DNA from: Azolla caroliniana
Lineage: Eukaryota; Plantae; Polypodiophyta
DNA: 64,000 nt
Assembly (NCBI GenBank): GCA_043228905.1
Contig: JBHGNT010000006.1
Location: 2,666,001 to 2,730,000, forward strand
Reading direction: 5' to 3'
Part shown: positions 12,762 through 28,956 of the stretch, in pieces
How positions within the stretch are numbered: the first letter of the stretch is position 1
How the letters are laid out: every line of letters begins with the position of its first letter
Notes under the pieces: model-generated
Database searches by the model: none
Told to the model about the DNA's origin: nothing
What the model saw: only the letters and a program-made list of their open reading frames with translations
Position numbers and translations under genes: made by a program

Positions 12762-13719
12762 GTAAGCTCCATTTCCTTTTGCTCCTTTCCATCGCTCTAA
12801 TCTTAACCATCCTACTGCCCTAATTTTGTTCTTTTTCTTCCTCCCCTGTTCTCTCCGATCCATCAACGTAATACACACACACACACACACATACTCTGTT
12901 GTGATCCATGAACTTATTTATTTATCTCTTTTTCTCTGTACATTTTGTTCCTGCTCCGATCCGGTTGCACTTGGATATTTCTCTTTTCCCTTTTCTGTTC
13001 CGAATCTGTGATTATCTTCTTGATCACGTTTTGGTCTTTTCACCTTTTTTCTTCTTGATCACGTTCTGGTCCGATCCGTGACCATTTTCGTGAAAGTCTG
13101 CCTTTCTCTTTCGATTTTCCATGAACGCATTTCTGAGCATTTTGTTTTTTTTTTCTGTTCTGATCTTGCATGAACATTGACATGCCTATTTTTGCTTCTG
13201 TTCCGACTCATGAAACGTTTTTTCGTGAACATATCTCTGTTCCTCTGGTTCCGATCAATAATCGTTTTTGTTTCAACGAATATCTTCATCATCAATTTCC
13301 CCTTTTTCTCCCCCGATCCATGAAATTTTTTCATGTGTGTCTCCCACGAATGTTCTATTTCTGCTCGAATCCATACACAACTTCATGTCCGAATTTGCTC
13401 ATGTTCAACATCTTCGGGAACGTTTCTTCATGTAGACTTTGCTTTTCTGTTGCTGAACATTAACATCCCCATGAAGATTTGGATTTCTTTTCCCCTTCAA
13501 TTTCAATGGACAATCTTCAGTGGACATTTTCTGTCTGTTCTGATTGATGAATATGTTTGAGAGAGCAACGTGAAGGCTCCGCTTCCTGCACATCGCAAGT
13601 AATTTAAAATATAGAACTCCATAACTCTACTCTAGCCATTAGTTCGTATAATTTTGTGCATGTTAAAAAGCTATTTGAGGTCTCATGCGTTTAGGGTTTA
13701 GGGTATCGTTCTAAGTTTA

Positions 13720-14100
13720 AGAGAAGAGCATAAATAACCTAGGTGTTTTCAAAAACTATTGAAATATAGTGCGGTTTCCATCGTTGTTTTCTTAACAGAA
13801 GAAGAATCATTGGCATTTTCTGTACTGAGCGTAAGGTAGGTTTTTTTAGAAAGACATGGAGATCTAGTGGGTTTTCCATCTTTGTATTCTTGACAGAAGA
13901 AGACACATTGGCATTTTCAGTACCCGAGAATAAGGTAAGGGTTTTGGAAGGCTATGGAGACCTTATGCTGTTGGCATCTTTGTATACATTTTCATAGAAG
14001 AGAGCGCATTGGCATGTTCTGTGCCCCTTCATAAGCTAGGGTCTTGTAAGTATATGAAGATCTAATGCAGTTTCCAGCTTTGTCTTCTTAGAAGAGAACA
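13720..14100. repeat. Degenerate ~100-bp tandem repeat (~4 copies) in the bZIP leader intron
   Basis: CATTGGCAT(T/G)TTC recurs at ~13808, ~13906 and ~14007, with AAGGTAGG..TTTT..GAAGAT/GGAGATCT and TTTCCATC...AGAAGA segments in each unit. Confidence 0.6.
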
Positions 14101-14449
14101 AAAGAGGGGTCCATCTTGTTGCTTTTTGTTTCTGTACCGATTCATCATCACCTTAATTTTCATGAAGTTCATGCAACATGTTAACAGTGTAGTCACTGGA
14201 AAAAATTATATTGATTCATAAATCAGGGTTTTCAACAGCATGGAGAAGTTATGGAGATCTAATATCTCCTTTCCTGCACAGATTGGTATCATGACATAGC
14301 CCCATTGCACATTCTGTTGTCTCGGTGCTTTCTCCAGGCTATCAAGAAGAAGAGCACTGGAAATGAACTCTCTCAATCTGCCAAATTATTGATAGTTGAG
14401 GAATTCCAACGACTACTCCATCATTGAAGCTTGGGTTTCGTCACTCCTC

Positions 14450-17209
<2,760 letters not shown>

Positions 17210-18889
17210 TTCTAACTCAAGTCCTAGAGATGAATCCTTCTATGGGTCCTCTTGTATTTGACTGCAATATAAATATTTTAGTCAAGCCATTTAATATAGT
17301 TGTATTCTTGTCTTGTTTCATGTTCCCACCTGTTGATTCACTGTTTTCCCCTGCTCCTTTACTCTTCCGCTTGCACTTCAGTTTCCTTTGTAGATATCCC
17401 TAATTTTGCCACCCTTCGTTTTGTGAGGTGCACCTGTTTTAAGTTCCTTTTGAGATTTTGCTTCTTCTGGTCTGAAATTGTAACCACATCTCTCATTTCC
17501 ATAGAATGCTCTCTTTTCCCTGGTCAATGTCATCCCAACTTTGTAAGCAAGTTTTACCCGTGAGAGCCTTGTGTGAAACATAGAAAGAAAGAATGGAAGA
17601 ATGTAGTATTAAATTTCGTGTTAGAACTAAAATATTAGTTCTTTATCTCGAAAAGAGACACTAGAAAGAAATATCTGATCCTGGAAATGTATAATCAATG
17701 CATAATGATGCATTCATTTCTACTAATGTGATTGTCTGCAATACTGTCTTGTCATAGATTTCTACATTGTTATTATGATCGAAAATCAACATTTGGCATT
17801 AGAGTTTAGCATAGATCATGATGCATATACAAGTTCATTGTTTATAGTTCATAGTGATCACAATGCAATCGAAAGGTTTTTGATCTTGATTCACACAATA
17901 TCTGAATGATGTGTCATCATATGAAGTTTCATTTCTTGAAGTTCACTCTGAAAAAGTGCTATTAATCAACCTTTTAAACATTGCATGTGTGCTAATTGTC
18001 CTGTATTATGGATGAGTTAATTGGACAATATCTAGAAGACTAGCAATTGTTGAGGATGTGCCACATCCATGGTTGAGAAGATCTATACATATCCTCAAAA
18101 TTGAATGATCAAAGCAAGCATTGGTTATTTTGACAAAACTTGCATTATTCTTATTGATATTGTGTAAATGGAGAGATGATAAATGAGCCAAATGTGTGTG
18201 CTTGTGTGAATAGATAGATTGATTAGAGTTGCTGGGTCCAAATTTGGACCATGGTCGGATGTCAAAGGACATTGATTGGCATCTCCTCTATGGCTAGATA
18301 GGGTGTTCCCAAGGGGCATGATCGACATCAAAGAGAGATTTCTTGAGCACTCGATAATTTTATGCCACCATGGTTGTCAAATGCATTGTATGCATTGTTC
18401 TTGATCCACTGTTATGCTGTTATGGCTGTCAAATACATGATACTCTCTGTTTCTGAACCACCTAAAGTTCAAGCCCTACCATCCAACTCTTGGAGTCAAG
18501 GATTCTCTCCCAACTATAGCTGGTCTTGGAAACATCTAATTAGCTCTACCATAGTACCCAAAGGAATATCCCCCCTCGCCAAGGCCAAACAGAATAAAAG
18601 TCAAAAGCCAATTGTGGGGGAGTATGTGCATCTCTGTTACGCAGTTATTATTTGAGAGCTCAGGGGCATGCTCGTAAATAAGCAAAGTTGGTAGAGGGTA
18701 TTTATATCTCTGTTGTTATGCTAAAATGGTTTAAGAACTCAGGGGTATCGACGCAAATAACGAAAATGCTATATACACATATGCCAATGATGTGTTTCCT
18801 TTTGTGTAGCTACTCTGCTACTATACCAAAATATGTACATAGGTAGATTGTAATATTGCATCTCTTCTTCTGTGGCAGAGCAGATCGTG

Positions 18890-21519
18890 ATGGTTATGAC
18901 AGAGCCTAAGCTGCTGCTGGTGGTGGGCGGAAGTGGCTATCTGGGCTTGCATATCCTTCAATCCCTCGCCCTGGAAGGTTCGAGATTTTGCACAGTTTTC
19001 ACATATTTCTCAGATCCTCCTCCTCTTCCATCGCCAGATATGTGCACAGCTCAGGCTTTCAAGGTGGATCTTCGATGTGGACAAGGATTTTCTTCCATCT
19101 CTGAACAGCTGGGGTTGGTGAGTATTTCTATATAACTAAGATATATGCATCAATATGTATATATATGTTTCCTAGGGATCGTATCTCAGTTAATGTTTTC
19201 TGAAAAATATGTATTTTCCTTCACGATGGATCTGATTACAAGCATGCTAGCAAGTAATCATACATTAATGGAGTCAATTATGCCAAAAAGAGCCAATTAA
19301 CTTGTGGAAAGGAAATCTGGATAGCTAGAGATCAGCTTTTGGGGTTTTAGGGTGCTCCTGATGGATGACCATTTGGTTGGCGCGTTAGTCTAGATAGCTA
19401 TAGTTTTTGTTTTCCATGGTCTGTAGGGACCAATACTCCTGGATGGTCATTTGAATTGCCACAGTCTGGATAACTACAATGTGGATAAATGGTGCATGTG
19501 TGATAGAGTCTATTAACCAAGAGAAAGAACCATCATTAGCTCATAGATATTGCCCATATTTTTAGCCAGTGTCATGATAGGGGTAACTATGGAGCATACA
19601 AGAGTGTCGAGCTATACCATGATCCTGAGATGCCAGTAGTAATATATGCTTGTCTCGAAGGTTATAAGTTCTCTGAGCTGCCTTATTTCTCAGGTAGCTT
19701 GTAATAATTTGAGACCTAATACGTCAAGATATTCATTCTGGATAGCTATGGTGTACGTTGAATGAAATTTACAGAAGTATTTTCTTTGTTATATATTTCT
19801 AACTATATTTGTAGTTAACCTGGAAATTGCTTACGGAACTGAAGAGTGAAGTAAACCTTAACATGAAGAAGATCAGCCCCATAGGATCACTATTTATTGA
19901 TGACAAAGAATTGGATTTAAGGTGATCTTGTTTGTAACTATAATAATTCATTGAACACGAGAAAGGGTTTAGGCAAAAAATAAGTTAAATATCTTCATAT
20001 AGAGGAATATTTTAGAGTTTCTAAAAAGCTTCTGGTCTTTACAGCCAAGAGTTGTCATAAACTGCGCGGCAATTTCTGCTCCTCGAGAATGTGAATTGGA
20101 TCCAGCGAATGCCATGTCTACTAATGTTCCTTCTGCGCTTGTACAATGGCTTTCTTCATTGGATACAACAGATCCGCCTTTGCTAATCCATCTTTCAACT
20201 GATCAGGGTAAAAGAATCACATGTATCTCTTCCCTGTTATAGTTCTATTTAAACCTTCTATTTAAACCTTCTATATACTTATAGCATTCATAGAAAAGAG
20301 TGTTCTATATTTTAGTTCTATATAACATTTTTGAACAATAGACTATAAACCTTCTATATACAGTTTATGAAGGCACCAAGTCATTCTACAAAGAGGAGGA
20401 TGAGACAAAACCAGTGAATGTTTATGGAAGGTCAAAGGTTGAAGCAGAAGAATTCATCAAGGAAAATTGGTCAAATTATGCAATTTTGAGAAGCAGCATC
20501 ATATATGGGCCTCAACCCTTCATACCTGTGCGTAAGACACTTCCTATTCAGGTTAGTTGAATTCTTTAGAGAGAGTTAAAAATCATAATTGCTGAAATAA
20601 ATGTCTTTGAAATAGAATATAACAATTGATACACATCTTTTGCAGTGGATACACAATGTGCTTACGAATGGCTCTGGAGCAGAGTTTTTTCATGATGAAT
20701 ACAGATGCCCTGTTTTTGTGAAGGATGTTGTTGATGTGGTGTTGATGATTATAGCAAAGGAACATCGAGGTTGACTCTTTTTATGTTTTGATGCTTGTTG
20801 ACTTACAACGGCAAGGAACATTATTCCCTTGTAGTGTTATGAAGACACCCTCGATGGCTTGAGAGATTGTATGCATTAAAAGCCCAATTAAAGCCAAAGA
20901 TAGGCTCAGCTAGAAAAATGGGGAGGATTTCCGTTTTGTCCATTACAGTTGTATGATATGCTAGTTGCATGATTAGTATATATCCTTCTTATGTAAACCT
21001 CTTATTTTTGCATGGTGCAGATAAGTTGATAAGATATAGTAAAAACTGCACGAAATATAGAGTACAAAGATCTAGCTTTACGATGTAGTTTCAAATGCTC
21101 TATAGTTAAATGTGTACAATTGTCTCTTTTACTACTTGCATTTTGAAGTGAAAATAACATGTTTTTTTCTTTGCTTGAGTGTAGGGGTTAACTTACAACT
21201 GCTGCTTAATGTAGGGGGGCCAACACGGCTCTCCCGTGCTGACATGGCAGAGATTGTAGCTGAAGTTAAAGGAATTGACAAGTCTCTAATCAAACGTGTC
21301 TCAGCTGCATCTGTAAGTGTAAATATTCTAACTACTATTTTCTTTAGAGTTTGCAGAAGTCAGATATTTAAACTTATATGACTATTGATTTTATAGGTCA
21401 ATAGAGGTGTGGCCAGCCCTGCTGATATATCAATGGATGTGAGCAAATGCATTTCAGAATTGAATGTTAAACTCACTTCATTTCACCGAGGTGTGGAGCT
21501 CACCCTGGGATCATCTTAA
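18890..21519 (+). CDS. NAD(P)-binding Rossmann-fold extended SDR, RmlD (dTDP-4-dehydrorhamnose reductase)/MAT2B-like, ~317 aa, 6 exons
   Basis: Exons 18890-19117, 20045-20207, 20364-20551, 20646-20769, 21185-21312 and 21397-21519 total 954 nt, all GT-AG. Motifs GGSGYLG, VINCAA, IHLSTDQVYEG, catalytic YGRSK, ILRSSIIYG, FHDEYRCPVFV and SPADISMD. The start could instead be ATG 18896. Confidence 0.9.
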
Positions 21520-23714
21520 ATCTCTCTCTCTCTCTCTCACCCAGGTGGTAGGCCAAACTCTTACCTACCCTCGTACCTTGTATCAAATCTTACTATGTGC
21601 ACTAGTTTACTAGATTCTACTGGATTGTTGGGATTGAATGTATCACTTTTGGTCTCTGCTGGATAACCATAAACACCTGAGCCATAACCTTTTTACCTTA
21701 ACAACTAGATTGTCCAACCTATGAATTCATTGTAGCAGAATGAGATTTCGATAATGCTTTCAAAGGATCGACCATCAAAACCAATTGTTCTCATTACATG
21801 AGTCACTGATCATCGTAGGCAAATTGACCTGGTGACTCTCAGATCCCCTATTTTTTTGAGATGAGAGAATTCCTTCAATTTTATATTCTGGTCCATGGTT
21901 TGATTGGCCTGTTGTGAGCAAAAATAAATTCTAAATCTTACCATATCTGTAGCCTTTTAATCATTTTATACTCCCAGAATTTCAATCGTGTTTCTTCAGC
22001 ATATCACAACACTTCTATCATGTATTGAATGATGGTTGCAGAATTTGTCCCAGATCTAATTCTATCCGTTTTAATTGGGGCTAAGACATTTTTTATTAAT
22101 CCTGCGGGTTCAATTCTTACAAGTTTACTAGATATTATGGAATGTGGGGGGTTGAACATATGAACATTTCATCTTTGCTAGAAAAGTTTATGTTTTGAGC
22201 TGTATTAGTCTTATTGTTTTTTCTTGTTATTTTCTTACCCTATTGGTAAGTTAGACCACTTATCTTAGGGCTTTGGTTCAAGGCTTGATTATCACACCTC
22301 CATTACACCATACATTTAAAAATATATATATTAGATGCCACTGTGGAATGTAGGGGTTCAAGCCTTTTCATGTGTCGAGACATTGTTACAGATCTTTTAC
22401 TTCTTTAACACCATGGAGTGATGAATATGTTTTCTTTTGAATAATGGCAGGCAAACAAAGCTTTGTTTATGCCTCCCATTGCTTTAACAAACACATTCAT
22501 TTCTTTATCTCATTTTTAGCTCTATGGACTTTTGGCTTTGGATTTATCCATTGCTATCGAACATGGCTATGAATGGATGATTGTATTTTTAACCTCAATT
22601 CTTCGTGATCTATCTCATGATCGATACATGTTTGTTTATGAGCATTATAAAGATTTCATTTGCTCTTACACTATTCTATTTTTTATGCACCTCTTTGTTA
22701 ACTTATTGAAAGTATCATGTCTAATACAACATAAAGCAAAGGTTGCAAACGTTAATTCGAATAAATCATTTAAGGCTTTTAATTAACCTCAATGGTTTTA
22801 ACCTTTGTAAGTTCCAACTATAAGAACTCAAAACAAATGGTCGTCCATTTATGAGTATCCCTAGCTTCCCTCATTATTATGTAGTTTCCATCACATTCTC
22901 AAAAGCATGTAATATTCCCTCATCTTCTTGTTCATAGAATCAATACAGCAATAAAACAAATAATTTTTCGTGAGTAATAAATGAGATTAAATGTAATGGA
23001 TTAAAATAGATGTCACCAATTTGTCAAGAAAATTCAAAGTGGGTTTTGTAGGTTTGATTAGACAATCATATAACATAAAGAAGTGATTGTAGTGTTTACA
23101 TGGTGATAGAGAGTCTTCATCTAAATTTTGTATGAGAATGATTTATATATGTTGTATGGTGATAATCTTGTATAATATGTGATTCGAATGATTGGCTCGA
23201 GAAGTCTGAGGCATGTTGGAAAGAAATAATTGAAAGGTGATGTAGTACCTATTTTTTATTAAGGAAAAAGAATGGCGATGATCATGTATTGTGTGTGATT
23301 GCGATGATTGATTCAGGAAGTTAGTGGCATGATGGAAACAAATAATCGAAAGACAGATGTAGTTATTGCTCTTTGGTTTTCTTGTTGTTTCCCTTGCTCT
23401 TCCATGTAATGGTGCCACATCCTTTACCAATTCCTTACAAATTCCTCATCAAATGAACCTAATATTATCATTATTATTTGGGTTCCAATACACTTTGAAT
23501 AAATCTCTCTAGATATTCACCTTATTTCTTATTTTTGCTAGATTGTATGTTGGTTATATAATCTTTTTTAATAAACCTTCTTCATGAATGAGACCAAAAG
23601 GCCGTTGAACTATAGCCTTGTTTTCTATTCGATTAAGCGGGGAAAAAATTACCCTTTAAGTTTTCCTTCTTTATTTTCTGAAATGCTCTTAGGTCTCTCT
23701 CTCTCTCTCTCTCT

Positions 23715-24307
23715 TAGAGCTTTTAGAGCTTTTAGGCAATGCTATGCAATATGTAATGATTGAGGAAAGGTTGGTGGAATCATTAAGGATGAAGTGGGAG
23801 GATGCTAAGAGGATAAAGCTAGACTACTACATTGCAAATGTCAACCTTGAATGTTGGTCTCAATATAAAGCAAGAATACTCATTACCAATATGAGTAGCA
23901 ATGCTCGTAGAGCCCTTACACTACTTCGCACTCGATCTCACAAGTTAGGTATTGAAGTTGCATCATGGTATCAAAATGTAACGAAATTGAAGACATTTAA
24001 AGTATGCAATGAAGGCATGGTAGAGGATGAATGTCACTTGCTCTTCACATGCTCGACATATAGTGCAATTCGTTCAAGATATGTTGACATACTAAGAGGG
24101 AGTGATAACTTAAGATCCACACTTAAGACACCACCTAGAAGGTTGAGCTCATATGTGTATGCTTTATTAACACATAGAGACTTTGTGCTTCAACATATGA
24201 ATACCCCTTCTTAGGAAGGAGACATATATCAAGAACACATGTATACTCTGGTCCCATAGGTCAAAATTGGCCTCTTTATGGACGATAAAAATTCTAATTA
24301 TAATTCT

Positions 24308-24358
<51 letters not shown>
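23715..24358 (+). mobile_element. 5'-truncated non-LTR retrotransposon (LINE ORF2 C-terminus, RTEX/L2-like) with 3' hairpin and microsatellite tail
   Basis: ORF 23744-24214 carries LRTRSHKLGIE...VC...VEDECHLLFTCSTY..IR, the post-RT Cys/His region of LINE ORF2. The 3' end GGTCAAAATTGGCC...GGACGATAAAA is followed by (AATTCT)n and (CT)n. A (CT)n tract also flanks the 5' side (~23693-23714). Confidence 0.75.
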
Positions 24359-24364
<6 letters not shown>

Positions 24365-26109
24365 CCCCCCCCCCCCCCCCTCATCCCTCTCATGCAATTA
24401 GATGTGGTATGTGGGTATTGGCATAAAAAGCCGACTCCTTCCACTTTGTATCCTAAGTGTGAACACATCCTTGAGCTAGGGCTTGAGTATATAAGCTCAA
24501 CCCTAACATTGTATCGATAACCTTCTTGTATTTTGAGTCTCTGAGAGTGTAAGAGTTATAGAATAACGAGAGCTTCTATTAGAGCTTCTGGGCAGTTAAG
24601 TATGTGGACAATTCATGCGTTAAGAAGCAATGAGGCAATGAAATTTTGGCGGGGAAATAATGTGAAGAAAATAAAAAAGAAAACATGGCAAACCCAGACA
24701 ACAGAAAGTCCGTGGAAGAGTGTCAACGTTGCGGTTGAATTGGGACCTTCTGCATTTGGGCCACCACGAGGGACAGTTTCTTGGCTAGCCGGTTCACAAT
24801 GAACCGCCTATTTACATACACATAATATACATATATGTATAGATCAGAAAAGCATAGAAAGTTTTTCTTCTCTCCCTCTTTCTCCCCTGTTTGTTTGTTT
24901 GTTTGTTTGTTATTCACGAATCACTACTCACAACTCACTGCTTTCCTTCTTCTTCTTTGCTGCTCCGTGTGAAATCCTTCCTCGTTGCACATTGCTCCTC
25001 CCTGCTCGCTCGCTATTCGTTGCTCCCCTGTCTGTCTGTCTGTCTGATTGCACGACATCTGCTGTTCGCCACTCCACCACTCTCAAGTACGTATCTTGTC
25101 TGTTTTTCTCTCCCTGTTTATGAATTCTCTCTGTTTTCTCTCTGTTTTTTGAATCTGTTCTCTGTTCTTCTTTTTTTCTCTGTTTTTCTATCTGTTGTAT
25201 ACGTAGGGCAAAAAATAAATGAGAATGTGGTTTTAAAAAAAAACAAAAGAAACACATTGAAATTCAATAGTATTGCTTAAGGTACTCACGGATATTCTTT
25301 CAAGGCAAAGGGTATGCAACAACAAAGGGCCATCATTAAAGTTGAGATTGAACCTTATAAAGGCACAAAATAAGACTCTTGGCTTGTGGGTAATCACACC
25401 ATGCAGAAAATGGGCATTGGCACAATGCATAAAAGATTGTCAAGAAGGTGATTGCTTAGTGGGAAGTATTTATGGGAGCATTGACAAAGTCAATCTACAA
25501 GTATGCTAGGTCAAATATCTAAATATCGACTAGGATTACATAAGATATTTCAGAAGCTAAGATCCCACCTTTGAAATCAAAGTTGGGGTTTTGGATTATA
25601 TGTATAGTCACAAGTTGATGAAACAAGAAGCTGCGTTAGTCGGTGGACAAATGTATTTTTTTTTGACAAATGATATTATGTCAAATTGAGGGCATGAGCC
25701 CTTAATCTTTGTTTTTTGTATTGAAATATCCAAAATTCTCTACTAATGCATTGCTCAACGAGAGTACGGTTATATAGCTTGCCTTGAGTTTAATATAACT
25801 CATTCTTGGAGTATATTTCTAAGTGTTAATCTTTGCATGAGGCCTAAAACCCAAGTTTTTCACTTCTCAAACCCATTAAAAGCATTGAAAAAGTTATGTG
25901 CATGAAATCTAGTATACAATGAAAAAATGTTCAGCAGGGGTATTGTCCACCAAGATAAAGGTCAAATTTGTCCGTAGGTTGTGCGTAGTTATTGATTGAG
26001 GGGATTTCCTACTAGGTAGGATCGGACATCCTTGAAGAAAGTAGCATGTGAAATAGTGATCTAATTCAAAAAGTGGATAGTTCATTTACTAGTTACACAC
26101 GCTAGCACC

Positions 26110-27550
26110 CCTATATATTAAAATTTATGAAATTAATAAAAAGAAAGGATACATTATTAGAAAGAAAGACATAAATATACTCTAGTACCTGCACACAAGA
26201 AGTTGGATGTTGTTTCTCCCTCTTACACTCAATGTCAAGTAATACTGTTGAAATCTTCTGGGGCTCATTCACATGAGCCATATTTTCATGCAGCACCAAA
26301 TCTTCATCATCTTTTTTAGTGTGAATTGTTCCCTTTAATGGATGGATGGATCTCATTCTTAAGCCAATCATTGACTAACATTAGAGCCTCCATCACGATT
26401 GACCCCACATTAGTTATGTCCTCATTTTCTCTTGGGTTCTCATGTGTACACATTGATTTTTGAGTACCAACACTACTATCTTTTTCTGACAGATGATTGC
26501 CAAAGCTTATGTTAAGTGCTTCTAAATAAAGTTCATTAACCTCCTTGACATTTTCCCGACCATGAAAAGTTTGTAGCGTGCTAATTTAGCCCAAAGGGGA
26601 TTTACAAGATAAATGTTCCTTCAGGACCTTATCTTGATATTTTGTTGTTCTAACCTAGACAAACCAGGTGAACACCCCATGTAATCTAATAACTTAATCC
26701 CACTTGATGAGACATTATTTGGATTGGCCAATGGGAACAGTTGGTCAAAGGTATTCATGGATGTGGGATCATCGCAAAGTCTGTGCATCGGAGAAGAGGG
26801 TTGAATCTTCGCGCTTCTTTTTAGTGGGTGAACATGAAGTTGTGAAGATGTAAGGGAACTAGGTGTGGAAAGAGATTTGCTCTTCTTCATCATCATCAAG
26901 GGGCAACTATGATATTTCATCAACTTTAATGTTGTTGAGGTGTGAATGTCATGTTGATATACTCTTGAAAGAGGAATTTTCATGTGGGTTTCGTTATTTC
27001 CATGGGTCGGGCTAGTTGTAAGATTATTACATGATGGTGTTTCTAGGATTGTTGGAGAAACACCAACACAACGTGACGTCGAATTGCTTGAATCTTGAGA
27101 CCCCATTATCACATACTCTCTTCAATCATTATATAGGATATTGGGTGCTTGTTGATGATGCACTATATATGTTTGACAACATTGTGTTGATTTCCATCCC
27201 TTTTGAGGAATATCCAGGAAATCAAAATGCTTTAAAGTTCTTTTTTTGCACACAAAGGTTTATCTGTAAACCTTCATAGAATGTTGATTATTGAAGACCT
27301 CCATGGTACCATGGTACATGTATACGGAAGTATACCAGAGGAGCGACTGCAGTTGCATTCTATTGTTGATATAATACTGCATCCAATGTGACTCCATAAA
27401 TGTATGAGTATGGAGAACCATCCATAAACATTGGAACACAACATCTTTGAATTCCAAAGTGAAATGATGCCCTTTCAAATTAGAGGAATCTGACATACTA
27501 TTTACTTACTGCAACATAACTAGATGAATCAACAAATTTGAGATGAGAAT
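26110..27550 (-). mobile_element. Highly degenerate Ty1/copia integrase-to-RT linker remnant
   Basis: Minus-strand fragments YYINNRM...SL (resembles copia INT A.YL.NR.P), FPGYSSKG (resembles FLGY...KGY) and AHVNEPQ (pre-RT EP motif). Many stops and frameshifts. Confidence 0.4.
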
Positions 27551-28356
27551 CAGCATGTATTTCAAACACGTGTAGTGGAGGATAGGTTGAAAAATGGGAG
27601 GGAATTATGTACAACAAATTATCTTAGCACAAAAAAAGCACAAAAAGATTATGAGAATAGACAAGAATAAATCACAAGGAGGCATGTATATTGCATTATT
27701 ACCTTGCATTTGTATTGTCATCTTGTTTTAATATATACAATACTTTTTTTCTCTTGATCTTTTCCTTCAATATTGTTTGCAATATATTTGTTGCCGCAAT
27801 TTTTTTTGCATTTGCATACATGGATTTGCATGTGCGTGTAAACTAATCTGAGCCTTCCTCGTTCTTCTTTATTTTTTGATAGATTTGATGCATGGCTTTG
27901 ATCTAATATGTTGCTTATGCGAGTTTACAAAGTTTTAATAAAGTGAATTTTGTTTACAAAGTTAGTAAACGTTTTTTTGAATATATTTATTTATTTGGAT
28001 CCAAAATTTTGTAATTTATTTGATTTGGTATGCGCGAAAAAAAAATTCAACATGTTCCGGTGGACATTATCACTTGTAGGAAAGTGGCCAATTAAAATTT
28101 TTAAATTCTGGATAAGGTCATAAGAAGCAGGAAAATTTATGGTAGGGGGTGGAGACTTTGCCCAACACTGGTGTTAATAACCAGCCAGGGACAATTTGGT
28201 GGGGACATAATGTGAAGAAAATAAAAAAACATGGCAGACCCAGAGGGGTATTTTGGGTGTAAATAATGCAAACGCAGGGGCATCGAGGAAATATATAAAG
28301 GAGGCCACGTACTCGAATCTCTGCATCCAGAGAGACAGAGGTCTCTGTCTCTTCTG

Positions 28357-28901
28357 ATGTCTAGTGTCCATAGTGTTGGCAAGAGGGTTATAAACCTTCT
28401 GAGATTGCGCTCTTTTCCGATCCTTGATCAGCTTCGATTGGAGGAATGCCTTCTGAGAGCTTCTCGGGAGAACTGGTGCATTGTTAATGATGGTACACAA
28501 CCCCCCGCCATCGTCATGGGGATCTCTGGGTAAGACTTCCGTTACTCTTTACTCATTTCAAAATCTCATCTTCATTTTCCATGTGATGTGTGCATTCGCT
28601 TTACCTTTTCCAAGCTTTGCCATTGTATGTAGAAACACAACATTTGGTAGCACTTGTATATATGTGTATATACTGTGAATCCTGACGTGGCAACATGGTG
28701 GTGCATATGTATTTGTGAGTCCTGATGTTTTTCTGTAATCAGTACACCTTTTGATAGCAGGGTTATACACCGTGTCCACCGTTGTTTAGATTGTATCTTT
28801 TATTCTCTCATTCAAATAACTTTTAAATATCATCATTGTCCATACTTTAAAATCTAGCCACTTTCTGATATAATTCACTTTTTGGTAGCATGGTTACATA
28901 C

Positions 28902-28956
<55 letters not shown>

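Noticed and set aside
13890-13910. TGACAGAAGAAGA resembling the 5' end of miR156
   Set aside because: Only ~10 nt match, there is no complementary star arm, and it is part of a degenerate tandem repeat.
24891-25280. 129-aa hydrophobic ORF, and similar short ORFs over microsatellites or antisense to real exons
   Set aside because: These are low-complexity translations with non-ATG starts or no domain motifs.
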